From Octopus sinensis (taxonomy: Eukaryota): a DNA stretch of 64,000 nucleotides. Below are positions 1 through 13,830 of this stretch, one piece after another. Positions within the stretch are counted from its first letter, which is position 1. Each line of letters opens with the position of its first letter. The stretch is from assembly GCF_006345805.1 (NCBI RefSeq), contig NW_021834226.1, positions 1 to 64,000 on the forward strand, written 5' to 3'. A program made the translations under genes and the position numbers. The notes under the pieces are model-generated. The model worked only from the letters and a program-made list of their open reading frames with translations, did not search any database and had not been told where the DNA came from.

Positions 1-208
1 GATCTGTTCCGTTTGGACTGCTCTGGGGGTTAAATAACAACAACAACAGCCACAACAATAAACAAGATATGATTTACTCTGTTTATTTTATTTACTGTTC
101 TCAGTGCATTGAGTTTTATGGGGCACATTCGGTCGGCCATGTTCTCAATCAGTTGATTGGTCACAAGGTTGGTAGTATTATGGTTCACATTTGTTATTTT
201 TCTTACTT

Positions 209-411
209 CTTTATTGCCCACAAGGGCCTAAACATAGAGGGGACATACAAGGACACACAAAGGGATTAAGTCAATTACATCGACTCCAGTGCGTAACTGG
301 TATATGTTTATCGACCCCGAAAGGATGAAAGGCAAAGCCAACCTCGGCGGAATTTGAACTCAGAACGTAACGGCAGAAGAAATACTGCTAAAGTTTCTGC
401 CAGCTTGCCGC
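209..411 (-). mobile_element. SINE family A (tRNA-like head, central GTCGAC...CATCCTTTCGGGGTCGATA domain, structured tail)
   Basis: Reverse complement matches the unit repeated throughout the window (AAGGCGGCGAGCTGGCAGAA...GAGTTCAAATTCCGCCGAGG...CCCTTGTGGG...AAAGAAATA) and includes a B-box-like GAGTTCAAATTCC. Confidence 0.85.
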
Positions 412-439
412 CTTTTTTCTAAGTATTTTCTAGGTATTT

Positions 440-900
440 GTAGATGATTCTGTTACAGGGTTAATAACGTAGTCATGTGGCTGGTGAGATGCTTTAACAT
501 GTTTGGTCACGAGGCTAACTGTATTCGCAATGTTCGTTCTTTTCGTGAGATAACCGAGGTTGTATCTGCTTTGAAGTTATTCCTCAGGAACTATGATATA
601 TAGCGGCCCTTAGAGAAGAATTCAGATCTTTGTTTAAGATTGAGGCGGAGTGTCGATGGCGTCAGGGTTCTCTGAGAGAAAACGTTCGCTGATCTTAGAT
701 ACATTTGTTTATACTCTCTCTCTAACTGCTCTTGTGATGTTTGCGCATTTCTAAGTCGTTCGATTTCCAAATATTTTTGGGTAGTACTGTGAATTTTTCA
801 TATGGCGGTGTTGAATGCACCATTGCGTTAACTCCAAACAGCTTCGAAATCTGTTTTATATTAACTTTATATAGCAGGATGAAATGTTGTGGGAAGGTAC
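440..900 (-). pseudogene. Probable decayed Penelope-like element ORF, N-terminal region
   Basis: Minus-strand frame LEIERLRNAQTSQEQLEREYKQMYLRSANVFSQRTLTPSTLRLNLKQRSEFFSKGRYIS*FLRNNFKAD resembles the 'L(I/T)PxxLRL' pre-RT region of PLE ORFs; abuts a long inverted repeat. Recognised by eye only. Confidence 0.4.
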
Positions 901-906
901 CTCAGT

Positions 907-1355
907 GCAATTTGTCCGTAGATCTTCAGTGTGACCGTCTATACAAATATAATTTGTAGAACTATACACGAGGGCGTCCGCACAAGGTGGGACTTGTATC
1001 TAGTTTTACTGCAGAAAATAATTTACTACAGTGGCTTTTGCTGGTTAGAGAACGTATTAATTTAAGTTTGAATTTAAAATGAAGGTGAGGAATTAGATAT
1101 GAATTTAATTAACATCAATTTAACACCAGTGGTCTAACATATTAAAATCTAAAGGTTAATTTACTGCAGTAAATTATTTTCTGCAGTATTGTTTTCCGGT
1201 AATTTAGCGCGCCAAAACGAGAACTTTTGAAAAATAACTGCAAGTATAATAGGTAGAAATAGATACAAGTCCCACCTCGTGCGGACGCCCTCGTGTATAG
1301 TTCTGCAAATTATATTTGTATAGACGGTCACACTGATGATCTAAGGACAAATTGC
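907..1355. repeat. Long inverted repeat (~96-bp arms 907-1002 and 1260-1355, plus an inner arm pair ~1008-1032/1164-1188)
   Basis: GCAATTTGTCCGTAGATC...GGGACTTGTATCTA is the reverse complement of TAGATACAAGTCCC...GGACAAATTGC with few mismatches. Confidence 0.9.
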
Positions 1356-1925
1356 GTAAGTAGAATTACGCAATCTGTTAATAGTGAAAGATGTACGTGA
1401 ATAATCTATATTTTTGTTACTTTTCATTTGTCTTGCTCGTTCTGGTGTTTGCTAAATTTTTCTTGAGAACATTTCTTAGTGGTAAGACCACAGCGGATCT
1501 ACTTCTAGCATAAGTGTTGTCCACATAGTGGTCATCATTCTCATATGTATATAATGCAATTTACTGATTTTAATATACTATACAACTTGGTGTTAAACTG
1601 ATGTTAATTAAATTTAATATCCAATTTGTCATCCTCATTTTAAATATATATGCATATATATTATTTTATGTTTCAGTCATTTGACTGCAGCCATGCTGGA
1701 GCACATAGTGGTCATCCCTCTCATATGTATATATATTTATGTATTGGCTTATGTTTTTCACTGTTTGATTTACATGATAGTGGTTTTATCTCTAATTTAA
1801 TATATATATATATATATATATATAAAGTTAATCCAAACAAGAAAACACAGAAAAAAAAACACAGCAACGCGAGGACGTGGAACAATTAAAGTATTATTTG
1901 ACGCTCAGGAAAGAAGGGAAGGATG

Positions 1926-1960
1926 GTTTATCGTTTCGAGCGGAGCTCTTCGTCGGAAAC
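1926..1960 (-). ncRNA. Degenerate minimal hammerhead-like motif (CCGACGA core, cleavage triplet mutated)
   Basis: Minus strand GTTT-CCGACGA-A-GAGC-TCC-GCTC-GAAAC-GAT-AAAC; same architecture as 37698-37732, but the conserved U of the NUH triplet is lost. Confidence 0.45.
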
Positions 1961-2558
1961 AAAGGAGAAAGAAAGATCCCGAGAAGGGAAGACAGACGAA
2001 AAAAATTTTTTTGCCTGGTGGTGCTCAAGAGATCACATGTTGATATATATATATATATATATAAACCGATATATATATATATATATATATATATGCATGG
2101 ACTACCGTCTGTCGAATCATTCTCAAACGGTAGTAGTAAATTCGTGTGTAAAATTGAACACATTCGCTCAGTGAACCAAGTATATTCGAATCCAATCCAG
2201 AACTACTTTCATATCAACGGACGTCTTTAACGGCATAATGGTGCTCGCAGTTATGAATGGAGTAGAAAACTAACTGAGAAGATTATGACACGTCTGAATT
2301 TCTTGTCTCCTAAGTCACTTATTCTGGGAATATGAAAATATAAATCAGCGAAATAGTCTTCAGAATAATGCATAATGGAAAATAAATTGGTTACTTGCAT
2401 TACCAGTAATTGTGAACTATTAATGGATTTCTCCATAAGTAACGGACAGAGGAAAAATATATCAGAAATAAGAAAAAATCCCACAGAGGAGATTTTGCAA
2501 TTAATAGTTATTAAATTTGAAATTAGAAAAGGCGAGGAAAGAATATATATATATATGA

Positions 2559-2950
2559 CTAGCAGTATCGCCCGGCGTTGCTCGGGTTTGTAAGGGAAAT
2601 AACTATACAGCATTTTTAGAGAGTTATAGCCAAAAAATAGCAAAAAAATGCATTAAAAATGGAAAAAATATGATGGTAAATTAAAAAAAAAATCGTTGAC
2701 TCATCGTAGACATTTTAGAGAGTTACTTCCCTTATATTAAAAAAAATATGCATTAAAATGGAAAAAATGATGGTAAATTATTTTAAAATCGTAGACTCAT
2801 CGTAGACGCGTGCTAATACCCAGAAGGGCTCGATATGAATTACGACTATAAGATACTCGGTTTTGGTTCAACTGCACCGCAAAATGTGGGAGTAGTTAGG
2901 AATCTAAATCGGAGTAGACAGACACACAACCTTACTTTTATATATAAAGA
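2559..2950 (-). mobile_element. Non-autonomous Helitron/HINE-like element
   Basis: Minus strand starts ATCTTTATATATAAAA...TGTCTGTCT and ends with a GC hairpin CCCGAGCAACGCCGGG followed by CTAGT; A|TC...CTAG|T junctions. Confidence 0.75.
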
Positions 2951-3127
2951 TTTAACAATAGGGAAATATATATGAATGTAAAAATGTTTCATACGTCGGG
3001 ACAATCATCATTTGTATATGCTTGCGCACCACTTTATGTCTGTTTCAGTCTCTCTAATATAGACAGACAGACAAACACACACACACACGCATATATATAT
3101 GCATGCATATATAAAACTAAAAAAGAC

Positions 3128-3368
3128 TAGACTCCGTCGGTCACGAATGATCATGGAAGACCAGCAGTCACCAAGCATACCAGCTGCCCCTCTCCATGCC
3201 ACTGATGTTATCCAAGGGAAAGGCAAAGGCCGATACAGCTTGGCACCAGTGAAACCGCAACTCATTTTTACAGCTGAGTGGACTGGAGGAACGTGAAATA
3301 AAGTGTCTTGCATAAGAACACAACACGCAGCCTAGTCTAAGCTCAACACTAGCCACTGAGCCATGTGC

Positions 3369-3370
<2 letters not shown>
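3128..3370 (-). mobile_element. SINE with CORE-like domain and family-C-type 3' end
   Basis: Minus strand contains GTGTTCTTATGCAAGACACTTTATTTCACGTTCCTCCAGTCCACTCAGCTG and ends ...GACCGACGGAGT like family C. Confidence 0.6.
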
Positions 3371-3431
<61 letters not shown>

Positions 3432-4772
3432 CACTTCAAACAAGGACAGAAATATTCAGAATTAAGACTGATTCTACCTGTGCATCTGAAAACTGAATCT
3501 ATGTGATAACTTGTTCAGGATGTGGACACAGCTATATAGATCAAACAAGGATTTCCCTCGGACGGAGAACAGCACTTCATAAGGGACAAAACCATTTACC
3601 AAGGCACATAAAGAGATGTGCGGAAGGAATCTCCAACCAAACTTCATCCTTTTTCCCCACCCCATTTACTAATGCAAGGCAAATGAGAAAAAATAACGAT
3701 TGAGTAAAGATAATATATTTATTGAAAAATACAAACCCCATCTGAGTATAAATACATAACCAATTTTGGATTTTGTAAATATTTTAATTCATAAATTCAT
3801 ATCTTTGTGATATAGATACTATCATCCTGAAAAAAAAACCAGAACAAAATTGAGTACCTTCTCTTAGATATATTTAGCTTCTGGTTCATTTACAAAACAT
3901 CGTTAGGAGTTACAAAATTGTACATGTAGTAGAAAACATGTAAGACATCTATCAGAAATTCTTCATACAGAGAATCAAATAATACAAAATTTACATTTCG
4001 ATAAAGCGTTTATATATAGTTAGTAATCAAGAACCCTTTAGATAATTAGAGGGGAGAAAACCATATGACGAGTATAGAAGAGAGAGAAAGAGAGATAGAG
4101 GGAGAGAGAGAGAGAGAGAGTAAGAGAGAGAGAAAGAGAACTAGAAAATTAAATAATAAATGTACACAAATCACAATTATGCATATGCACACACTTACAT
4201 CTATATATGTATTCACATGCTGCCTATATGCATGTTTGTTTAAACGATCAGCGTATTGCATTTACGGCAACAACAGACAGGAACCCTGAGAGATTCTATA
4301 CCAAATTTCACTAACAAGACATTTAAATCCCGTGGCTATGACTGAATGCAGTTTCTCACTTGTCCCAAATCGCTGCTTATTGCAATGAGGAATGGAACTT
4401 GAAACTCCATAGTTACACATAATTACACAAAGTTAACTTTTTGGTCACGCAGCCTTTAATTCTTACAAAATATATAAAATGAATAAATACAGGCGTGTTC
4501 CTAAATTGGAAATAAAAACAAAAATTAATGATAAATCTAAAAGCAAAAAAAAAAAAAAATGTCCGAAAGAGTTGAATTCCAACTTGTTAAGGAGGTAATC
4601 CGATGATATATTGCAAAAATGGTTAGAGGAGATGAAGCGAAATTCAAAGTCACTTTAGCAGAACGGTCTCATAAGAAATCAACTAGACAGCATGTAACCG
4701 ATACACTTCACATTGGAGTATATTGGTATGTGATCTCTGATATTATGCATACATGTACACTTATATACATAC

Positions 4773-4822
<50 letters not shown>

Positions 4823-5411
4823 ATATATATAATATATATATATATATTATATGTATATATATATGTATATATATGATATATATATGTATATGCATATATA
4901 TATACATATATATATAATATATATTACAATATATATATGTATGTATGTATCTATGTATGTGTATGTATGTTTGTATGTATGTGTATGTGCGCGCTTGTGC
5001 GATGGTGTGTATGTTTGTATTTGTGTGTGTGTGTACGTGCTTGTGCGATGGTGTGTATGTGTGTATTTGTGTATTTGTGTTTGTGTGTGTGTGTGTGTGT
5101 TCTGAATTCAGCTAATCCACCAAATTTTTTTTTGACAGGACTTGCTTTTTTCATTTAAAATTTTTCCCTCATTTTTTTCTTTTATTATTTCTTTCAAATA
5201 AATATAATTTTTCATTGCGAAACAATTCTTCTACTTATTCTTCGCTTTTTTTCTTTTGGTGTTATACTAAAATTTCAACAAATAAATTTCTTTGAAATTA
5301 CAAGTAGAAGAAGAAGTCGAAAAACAAATATTTATTTTATCATTGTTTGTTTGTTTTTTTCTTCTTGTCTCCCGGTTCTAGTTAAGAAATCAGCAGATAA
5401 TAATAATAATG

Positions 5412-5459
<48 letters not shown>

Positions 5460-6296
5460 TAGTGATAATAATAATAATGATAATAATAATAATAATAATA
5501 ATAATAGCAACAAGAAAACAGAATACAAAAAAACAACGATAAATCAACAGAATTTTTTTCCCCCGACTTTTATGCAATAGTAAATTAATGATTCGTTTCG
5601 CTGAACAAATATCCTCTGCCATTTTCCTGTACAGGTTTTGTGTTTTCTTTTGTTCTTTCAGAATCTTTTATGTCCTACATTTGAATAAACAATGAACACA
5701 TTTCATTTGTTTGATTTTTATCCTCAGACTCATTATTCTATGTTAATATTTTTTTTTTTTTACTTTATCACAATACATTTATTAGTTGAAGTTTGGAAAG
5801 ACTTATGCATCTTGTTTTCTTCATATTTTTTCCTGTTCATCAAAAATTGCTTTTAAAGATATATTTGTTTCGTATTGTATTAGGATTTTGTCTCGGTTAT
5901 TTTGTTATTCTTTCCCCTTTTTTCTTTTTCTTTTATTCCGAAGAAATCAAACGGAAATTCTAGTTAAAGTAACTGCGAAATATACGAGGTTAATCGGTTC
6001 ACATTACTTTCTATATATTGCACGATTAACCATTTCTCCTACACATGGTATTTTAAAGTGTTTTATTTGAACTTTTGAAGTCAATTTTAACTGAACTAAT
6101 TTACATAAACTATAGCGAATGAAAGGCAAATACACATCACAGACACATTAACACACAGGGATGTATACAGAAATACGCATACATGAAAGATGGCCGACAT
6201 CCATATACATGGAATAGAGTTTAATGATGTCTATATTTACTGACCTATTTACATATATATATATATATTAATATATGTTTTATAACTCGGGTATAT

Positions 6297-6336
<40 letters not shown>

Positions 6337-6337
6337 A

Positions 6338-6406
<69 letters not shown>

Positions 6407-6571
6407 CAAGTAGATGTGTATATATATATATATATTCTTTATGCTGATTAAAATTGGTATGTTTATATATATATATCTGTATATAACTCCATCTATCTAT
6501 CTATCTATCTATCTATCTAATCTATCTATCTATCTATCTGTCTGTCTATCTATCTATCTATCTATCTATCT

Positions 6572-7169
6572 TTTTCTTTATTGCCCACAAGGAGCTAAAA
6601 ATAGAGGGAACAAACAAGGACAGACAAAAGGATTAAGTCGATTACATCAACCCCAGTGCGTAACTGGTACTTATTTAATCGACCCCAAAAGGATGAAAGG
6701 CAAAGTCGACCTCGGCGGAATTTGAACTCAGAACGTAACGGCAGACGAAATACCTATTTCTTTACTACCCACAAGGGGCTAAATAAAGAGGGTACAAACA
6801 AACACAGACAAACGGATTAAGTCAATTACATCGACCCCAGTGCGTAACTGGTACTTAATTTATCGACCCCGAAAGGATGAAAGGCAAAGTCGAGCTCGGC
6901 GGAATTTGAACTCAGAACGTAGCGGCAGGCGAAATGCCTATTTCTTTACTACCCACAAGGGGCTAAACATAGAGGGGACAAACAAGGACAGACAAACGGA
7001 TTAAGTCGATTACAACGACCCCAGTGCGCAGCTGGTACTTAATTTATCGACCCCGAAAGGATGAAAGGCAATGTCGAGCTCGGCGGAATTTGAACTCAGA
7101 ACGTAACGGCAGACGAAATACTGCTAAGCATTTCGTGCTAAGCGTGCTAATGTTTCTGCCAGCTCGCCT
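6572..7169 (-). mobile_element. SINE family A, head plus three tandem ~184-bp body/tail units
   Basis: TTTCTTTA(C/T)T(A/G)CCCACAAGG recurs at ~6572, ~6755 and ~6939; the head (GCTCGCCT) occurs only once, at ~7169. Confidence 0.9.
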
Positions 7170-7196
7170 ATCTATCTATCTATCTATCTATCTATC

Positions 7197-7262
<66 letters not shown>
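7169..7262. repeat. (TCTA)n microsatellite
   Basis: Directly visible. Confidence 0.95.
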
Positions 7263-7263
<1 letters not shown>

Positions 7264-7542
7264 GCGTATCTATTTGTCAGTCTGCCTGTCATTTTTGTCT
7301 CTGTTTCTACACCCACATACATATTATACATATATACATATACATACTTACATCCACACGCACGCACACACACGCACACACACGCACACAAATACGCAAC
7401 ACACACATATATGAATTTATATACATGTACACACATATATTTTGATATCAACAAATCGATTAACAAGCCTCTGATAGGGGTCACTGAGTATATATTCCAC
7501 TACACATTCTTGTTTACAAACGCAATATAATGTGTGTGTGTG

Positions 7543-7574
<32 letters not shown>

Positions 7575-7837
7575 CACATATGTATACACAGTTGTATATC
7601 TTGCCATTATAAATATAATAAAAACTAGAAGCATTGGGAAGTTTAACGCAATCTCTCACCTGACACCTACACGTAAACATGCGCACGCCTACGCGTACAG
7701 ACATATACACTCATATATATATATAAATATGTCTATGTATATATACACACATATAAATATACATACATATATGTTTTTATATATGTATGTATGTATCTAT
7801 CTATATATATACATACACACACACACATATGTGTACG

Positions 7838-7839
<2 letters not shown>

Positions 7840-7874
<35 letters not shown>

Positions 7875-8292
7875 ATATATATATATATATAATATATATA
7901 TATATAGTATTTATGTATATATACATGTGAATATTATCAAGCTCTATTGGGCGCGAAGTCATTGAGTTGTTTACTTACCAAATGAAATTGATGGAAATTC
8001 GTTTCTCCATAAGAAACTTAACGCTGGAAGAAAAAAAAGGGATTAAATTCTAGATAGGCACATTAGCATTAGAAGTATTAATCGCTTTATATATATATAC
8101 ACACATATATATATATAATCTATATAACATATATAAAATATATGTGTATATATGAATACATATGAAGATATATATGTATATACATCAGAATATATGAATA
8201 TGTATGTACATAAATATATGTATATATTCATATATGAGTATAAAATATATAGCATGATATTATGTATATATATGAATATATATATGCAAATG

Positions 8293-8381
<89 letters not shown>

Positions 8382-8400
8382 CATATGTATATATATATGT
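7840..8400. repeat. (TA)n-rich compound microsatellite
   Basis: Directly visible; source of the YIYI ORFs. Confidence 0.95.
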
Positions 8401-8859
8401 GTGTTTACACACACATATCCGCTTTATGTATTAAGTGCATTAAGTATAATATATGTGTATTAAGTATATGTGTATATGTGTATTAAGTATATGTGATTAA
8501 GTATGTGTGTATAAGTATATGTGTATAAGATATGTGTATATGTGTATTAAGTAATGTGTATATGTGTATTAAGTATATATATATATGTGTGTTTACACAC
8601 ACATATCCGCTTTATGTATTAAGTGCATTAAGTGCAAATATCTATCTCATTCGTTAAAACATTCTCAAGTTCCTTTTTATCCTTTTACGCACATACGTAC
8701 AAACTGCTATGTATGTATGTATGTATGTATGTATGTATGTATGTATGTATGTATGTATGTATGTATGTGTGTGTGTATGTATGTATGTATGTATGTATGT
8801 ATGTGTATATATATACGTAGATATGTCTGTATATATGTTTGTATAATTATATGAAAAAC

Positions 8860-9237
8860 AGGCGTGGGTGTGGCTGTGTGGTAAGTAGCTTGCTTACGAA
8901 CCACACGGTTTCGGGTTCAGTCCCACTGCGTGGCACCTTGGGAAAGTGTCTTCTGCTATAGCCTAGGGCCGACCAAATCCTTGTGGATTTGGTTGACAGA
9001 AACTGAAAGAAGTCCGTCGTATATATATATATATGTTTGTGTGTCTGTGTTTGTCCCCCCAACATCGCTTGACAATCGACGCTGGTGTGTTTATGTCCCA
9101 GTAACTTAGCGGTTCGGCAAAAAAACCGATAGAATAAGTACTAGGCTTACAAGAATAAGTGGTGGGGTGGATTTGCTCGACTACAGACGGTGCTCCAGCA
9201 TGGCAACAGTAAAATGACTGAAACAAGTAAAAGAGTA
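8860..9237 (+). mobile_element. SINE family B (tRNA-like head, CORE-like domain, internal microsatellite, LINE-like tail, (TAAAAGAG)n end)
   Basis: GGCTGTGTGGTAAGTAGCTTGC...GGGTTCAGTCCC...CACCTTGGGAAAGTGTCTT (CORE-like)...GGTGCTCCAGCATGG...GACTGAAACAAGTAAAAGAG; more than 12 copies in the window. Confidence 0.9.
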
Positions 9238-9262
9238 TATCAGTATAGATGTACGTATGTAT

Positions 9263-9341
<79 letters not shown>

Positions 9342-10143
9342 CATACATAAATCTATGCATGTGTGTATAAAAATAAACGTATATAGATAGATAGATAGAC
9401 ACACAAACACACAACACACATATATAATATCATGTATTATATGTATGTGCAGATACGTGTGTGTGTGCGAATGTGTGTGTATATTTATATGTCTAGGAAG
9501 GTTACATATATATATTATACATATACGTATACACATACACTCACGCATACACACACATACACACAGACAGACACACACACACATACATATACCCACGCAC
9601 ATAGAGACCTTGAATAAGGAGGGCATGTCACTGAAGAACTGAAGAGATTGCAAATGCCGATGATAAGGCCCCGATGCGCCAGCCGCTCGAATCAGTTATC
9701 GAACAGTTAGTCAAGTAATAAATTACGTAATTGGTCAGTTAAATGACTAATAAATGTTCCTGCAATATAACCACTGCCCCGTGCGCTTTGACTGCATGAA
9801 AACCCCAAGATTCTGTACGCGTTTTCACATAATTAAAGAGTTCACTTGCAACTACGAGCTCAGCAGTTCCCTTCCATTGCGTGCCCTGTTATTGGAATAT
9901 CATTTTCTGTTCACTAGTGTTCAGCTGCACCTTTATTTTTAATCGTTTATCTTTTCCTTGTTCTTGATTTTGTACTGTAGCCATAGATTGCAGCCATAGT
10001 TGGGGTTCTGTCTTGAAGGGGCCTAGTTGATCAAATCGTTGCTGCACTTATCTTTTATGTTTGGACCTTATTCTGTCGGTGTCGTTTCCGCCCCACTAAG
10101 AGAACCCATTACATTTGTCAAGAGGTGGAGGGACACGCACGCA

Positions 10144-10194
<51 letters not shown>

Positions 10195-10244
10195 ACACAC
10201 ACACACACACACACCACAAACACACACACACATACAAACACACA

Positions 10245-10288
<44 letters not shown>

Positions 10289-10292
<4 letters not shown>

Positions 10293-12286
10293 CTACAGCG
10301 GCGGTGTCATCTACCTCCAAACAAACTACTTTGAGTCAGTTTTATCGCCGGTCTGATCATCCAGTGAGTGCTACCATTCAACGTGACATTAAAATACCAC
10401 TTGCAAACTGGATAGCTAATAGCGGTAGACCAATATCGATAGTAGAAGATGATGGGCTTCAGCATGTATTACGTACAGCGCTTCAAATTACCAAATATAA
10501 ACAACCTTACCGGCGCACTATTGAGAAAATGATGGCTGATATTTATAACAGCAAAAAAGGAACGGTTAAAGAAGCAGTGAAAATTTCCTTAAAGAAGCAG
10601 TGAAAGTTGCGTTAACAACTGATTTTTGGACATCCCTAGGTAATGAAAGTTATTGCAGAATCATCGGCCCTTGGTTTGCTGATGACTGGAATTTAATAAG
10701 CGTTATTCTTGAATGTGTACATGCTGAATGTCACTATCCTAACAATGTTGCTGAGTTATACTCTCTTTTACTCTTTTACTCTTTTACTTGTTTCAGTCAT
10801 TTGACTGCGGCCATGCTGGAGCACCGCCTTTAGTCGAGCAAATCGACCCCGGGACTTATTCTTTGTAAGGCCAGTACTTATTCTATCAGTCTCTTTTGCC
10901 GAACCGCTAAGTTACGGGGACGTAAACACACCAGCATCGGTTGTCAAGCAATGCTAGGGGGACAAACACACACACACATATATACATATATACGACGGGC
11001 TTCTTTCAGTTTCCGTCTACCAAATCCACTCACAAGGCATTGGTCGGCCCGGGGCTATAGCAGAAGACACTTGCCCAAGGTGCCACGCAGTGGGACTGAA
11101 CCCGGAACCATGTGGTTGGTTAGCAAGCTACTTACCACACAGCCACTCCTTTTAAAAGACTGAAATATAACAAAGAAGATCCAGGCTCTAGTAACAGACA
11201 ATGCACGAGATTTGGTTTCAGCTGTTAATCAAACTGGTTTTGCTTATATTCCGTGTTTGGCTCATAGTCTGTAGTTGAACATATTGCATGGATTTAAAGC
11301 CGCTGATACAGAAACATTGTTTGTCAAATGTCGAAAAGTAATCATAGGACATTTTAAACATAGCCTTATCCACACAACTGAATTGCAGAATTGTAGTGAG
11401 TCACCATTTCGTAAGATACAGCAGAATGTTCCAACAAGATGGAACATTACTTTTCTAATACTGAAGAGTCTACTGCAGGCCAGAGAAGCAATAACCATCT
11501 ACATGTTAGACGAAGAGAAGCAATATAAAGGTCCAAAACTGTCCGATTCTGATTGGGAAAAGATTTCAAAATACATCAACGTTTTAGACTTATTCTGTCA
11601 GGCTACGGTCTTGCTTGGCGGTGAAAAATATGTGTCGTGTAGCTGTGTATTGCCACTGTTATTGTCTTTGGCAAAACACATGACTGTAAATGATGATGAT
11701 CTAGGTTATATAGCCAGATTCAAGGCGGTATCTGTTAATGACTTCAGCAAACGTGTAGCTGACATGAAAAGTATTGAAATATTACAGATTGCAACAGCAC
11801 TTGATCCACGATATAAAAACTTGAAGTGTTTAACAGACGATTCCAAAGAACAACTTGGCTACTTATTGGACAACAAATAGAAGTTGATGTTAATGATGAT
11901 CAGTTGAAGACTAATGCACAAGATGATACTGACAGTGTCAGTAAAACTATATGCGAACCGAATGAAAAGTGTTTAAGCTGATGGAGTCTGACTCAGACTA
12001 AGAAGAGGATGTCGAAAATGCTTCTGATGAAGTAAAGCAATATAAAATGGAGAAAAAAGTTACTGAATCAGTTGATCCACTACAATGGTGGAAACTTAAT
12101 GAACATCGATATCCGAAACTGGCATTTTTTGCCAAGACTGTTCTGTGCATACCAGCTACCTCGGTTTCGTGTGAACAATTATTTAGCTCTGCTGGTTACA
12201 CTGTTAAGAAGACGCGCTCATCACTTGAACCCAATACTGTTAACATGCTTGTGTGTTTGCGTAACTGGTTGTCCAACGACATTTGA
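10289..12286 (+). pseudogene. hAT transposase pseudogene (frameshifts, stops, SINE insertion)
   Basis: ORF-track pieces 10115..10603 (C-terminal part), 10600..10833, 11275..11880 and 12047..12286 carry the consecutive domains; in-frame TAG in CLAHSL*L. Confidence 0.92.
10761..11148 (-). mobile_element. SINE family B inserted in the hAT transposase
   Basis: Begins (CTCTTTTA)n, reverse complement of the family B consensus; lies between NNVAEL and NITKKIQALVTDNA. Confidence 0.92.
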
Positions 12287-13639
12287 GTGAGAAAACGCCT
12301 ATGCTATTTCTTGTTTTTAACTGAATTTTAATTGAAATATAAACTTGTCAATAAATGCAACTGCAGACATTATTGTGTTTTAATCGAAATTAACTATTAA
12401 TTAATCGTTAATTTCTCAAAAGTCAATAATTAAAATTAAATTAATCGTTACCAGCCCTAACATATATATAAAAAAATCAGTGGCGGGCAGAGTCTTCTTG
12501 ATAATTTTAGTAACTTCTATGCTGAAGTAGAGACAACATGTTTTTGTCTATCTCCTTAACTTCTTGGAGATTTTAGGTATAATTATACTAATGTATCCAT
12601 CGCTTCTAATTTAATTTAAATTCTATGTTTTTGTGCAGCTGAAGATTGCTCTGCATTTTAAATTGATGTAATGATTGCATTGTTCAATTAAATGGAGTTG
12701 CATGAAACGATCGTACTGCATTACCTCTGGATATCCTTGTTGCTTATTTTGATTTTAACCATCTTACTTTGAAATTGTATGGATAATACCATTGGATTGG
12801 TTTTTTATTATAAATCTGATCGCTCATAGTCGTCATAAAGGAGAAGCTATTCTCCTGTGAGTACAACAGCGAGATTAACATATTTGTGTTCGAATTTGAA
12901 GATAATATATGATTAAGTATGTAAATCATCGTATTTTAATATCTGCTTGAAATTACTTGGGGAGAAAAATCTCCATTTATACGCACACACATACATACAC
13001 ACACACAAACAGTCACAAAACCGCAAACACAGACACACAGAGGCACACACAGTCACACACACGCACACACGCATACAAAATTGTTACTAAAACATTTTCT
13101 AAAATGTGAAGAATTCAGGTACGTATTTATAATATAATGAACTGTTTCAATAGTTTTTGGGTCCTTCTGGCAATAAGTGCTTCTGCTACTGCTGCCAGGA
13201 TTGTATTTGGCGATGCTGTGAATGTATAAATTCTTCAATGACATTTGTTGTCAGTGGGTAAGCAATTGCTATTGAATGCTTAACTTAATAGAAAGCTCTT
13301 CCTATGAATATTCCGAACTGTAAAAATAATATATTACTTATACGTATTCTAAAACACCCAATCGATATTTCGTTCTCTGTTCAGCGTTATTGCTAATGTA
13401 AAGTTAGTGATTGAATTTGTAGCTGTGTACTTTAATATACATCGGTGAGTTCTGTGTCAATAGCGGGAATGTTTATTTAATGCCACTTCAATATCGTTCA
13501 GTTGTTACAACTCCGTGATGGATCCTCCGTCGTTTATGACGATGATGAATATTGGGGTTGTCCGACCAAATCAACTGAACTACCAGACACGTTAACCCTT
13601 TAGGTTTTAAACCGGTAATAGCTCTTACAAATGAAAGGC

Positions 13640-13830
13640 AGTAGACTGGCTGAATCGGTAGCACGCCGGATAATATACCTAATGACCTTTCGTCCATCTT
13701 TAGATTCTGAGTTCAAATTCCGTCGAGGTCGACTATGTCTTTTATCCTTTCGGCTTCAATAAAATAAGCATCAGTTGAGCACTGAGATCGACCTTAGTGC
13801 TCAACTGAAGGAGGGAGGGGTAAGTCGACT
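13640..13830 (+). mobile_element. SINE family A, degenerate
   Basis: TTCTGAGTTCAAATTCCGTCGAGGTCGACT...ATCCTTTCGG... Confidence 0.7.

Larger units (their letters stand above)
10289..12459 (+). mobile_element. hAT (Ac/ZBED1-like) DNA transposon, disrupted; right TIR present, left end not found
   Basis: Transposase motifs in order: RPISIVEDDGL, ALTTDFWTS, VTDNA, CLAHSL, PTRWN, GEKY, ALDPRYK, DPLQWW...YPKLA...IPATSVSCEQLFS. Ends ...CGTTACCAGCCCTA (reverse complement TAGGGCTGG, a hAT-type TIR). Confidence 0.92.

Noticed and set aside
6572-7169. CRISPR-like regular repeats
   Set aside because: Contiguous 184-bp SINE units with no unique spacers, in a eukaryotic context.
9657-9950. Possible BED zinc finger / left end of the hAT
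   Set aside because: KEFTCNYELSSSL is suggestive, but the Cys/His ligands and a left TIR are not found.
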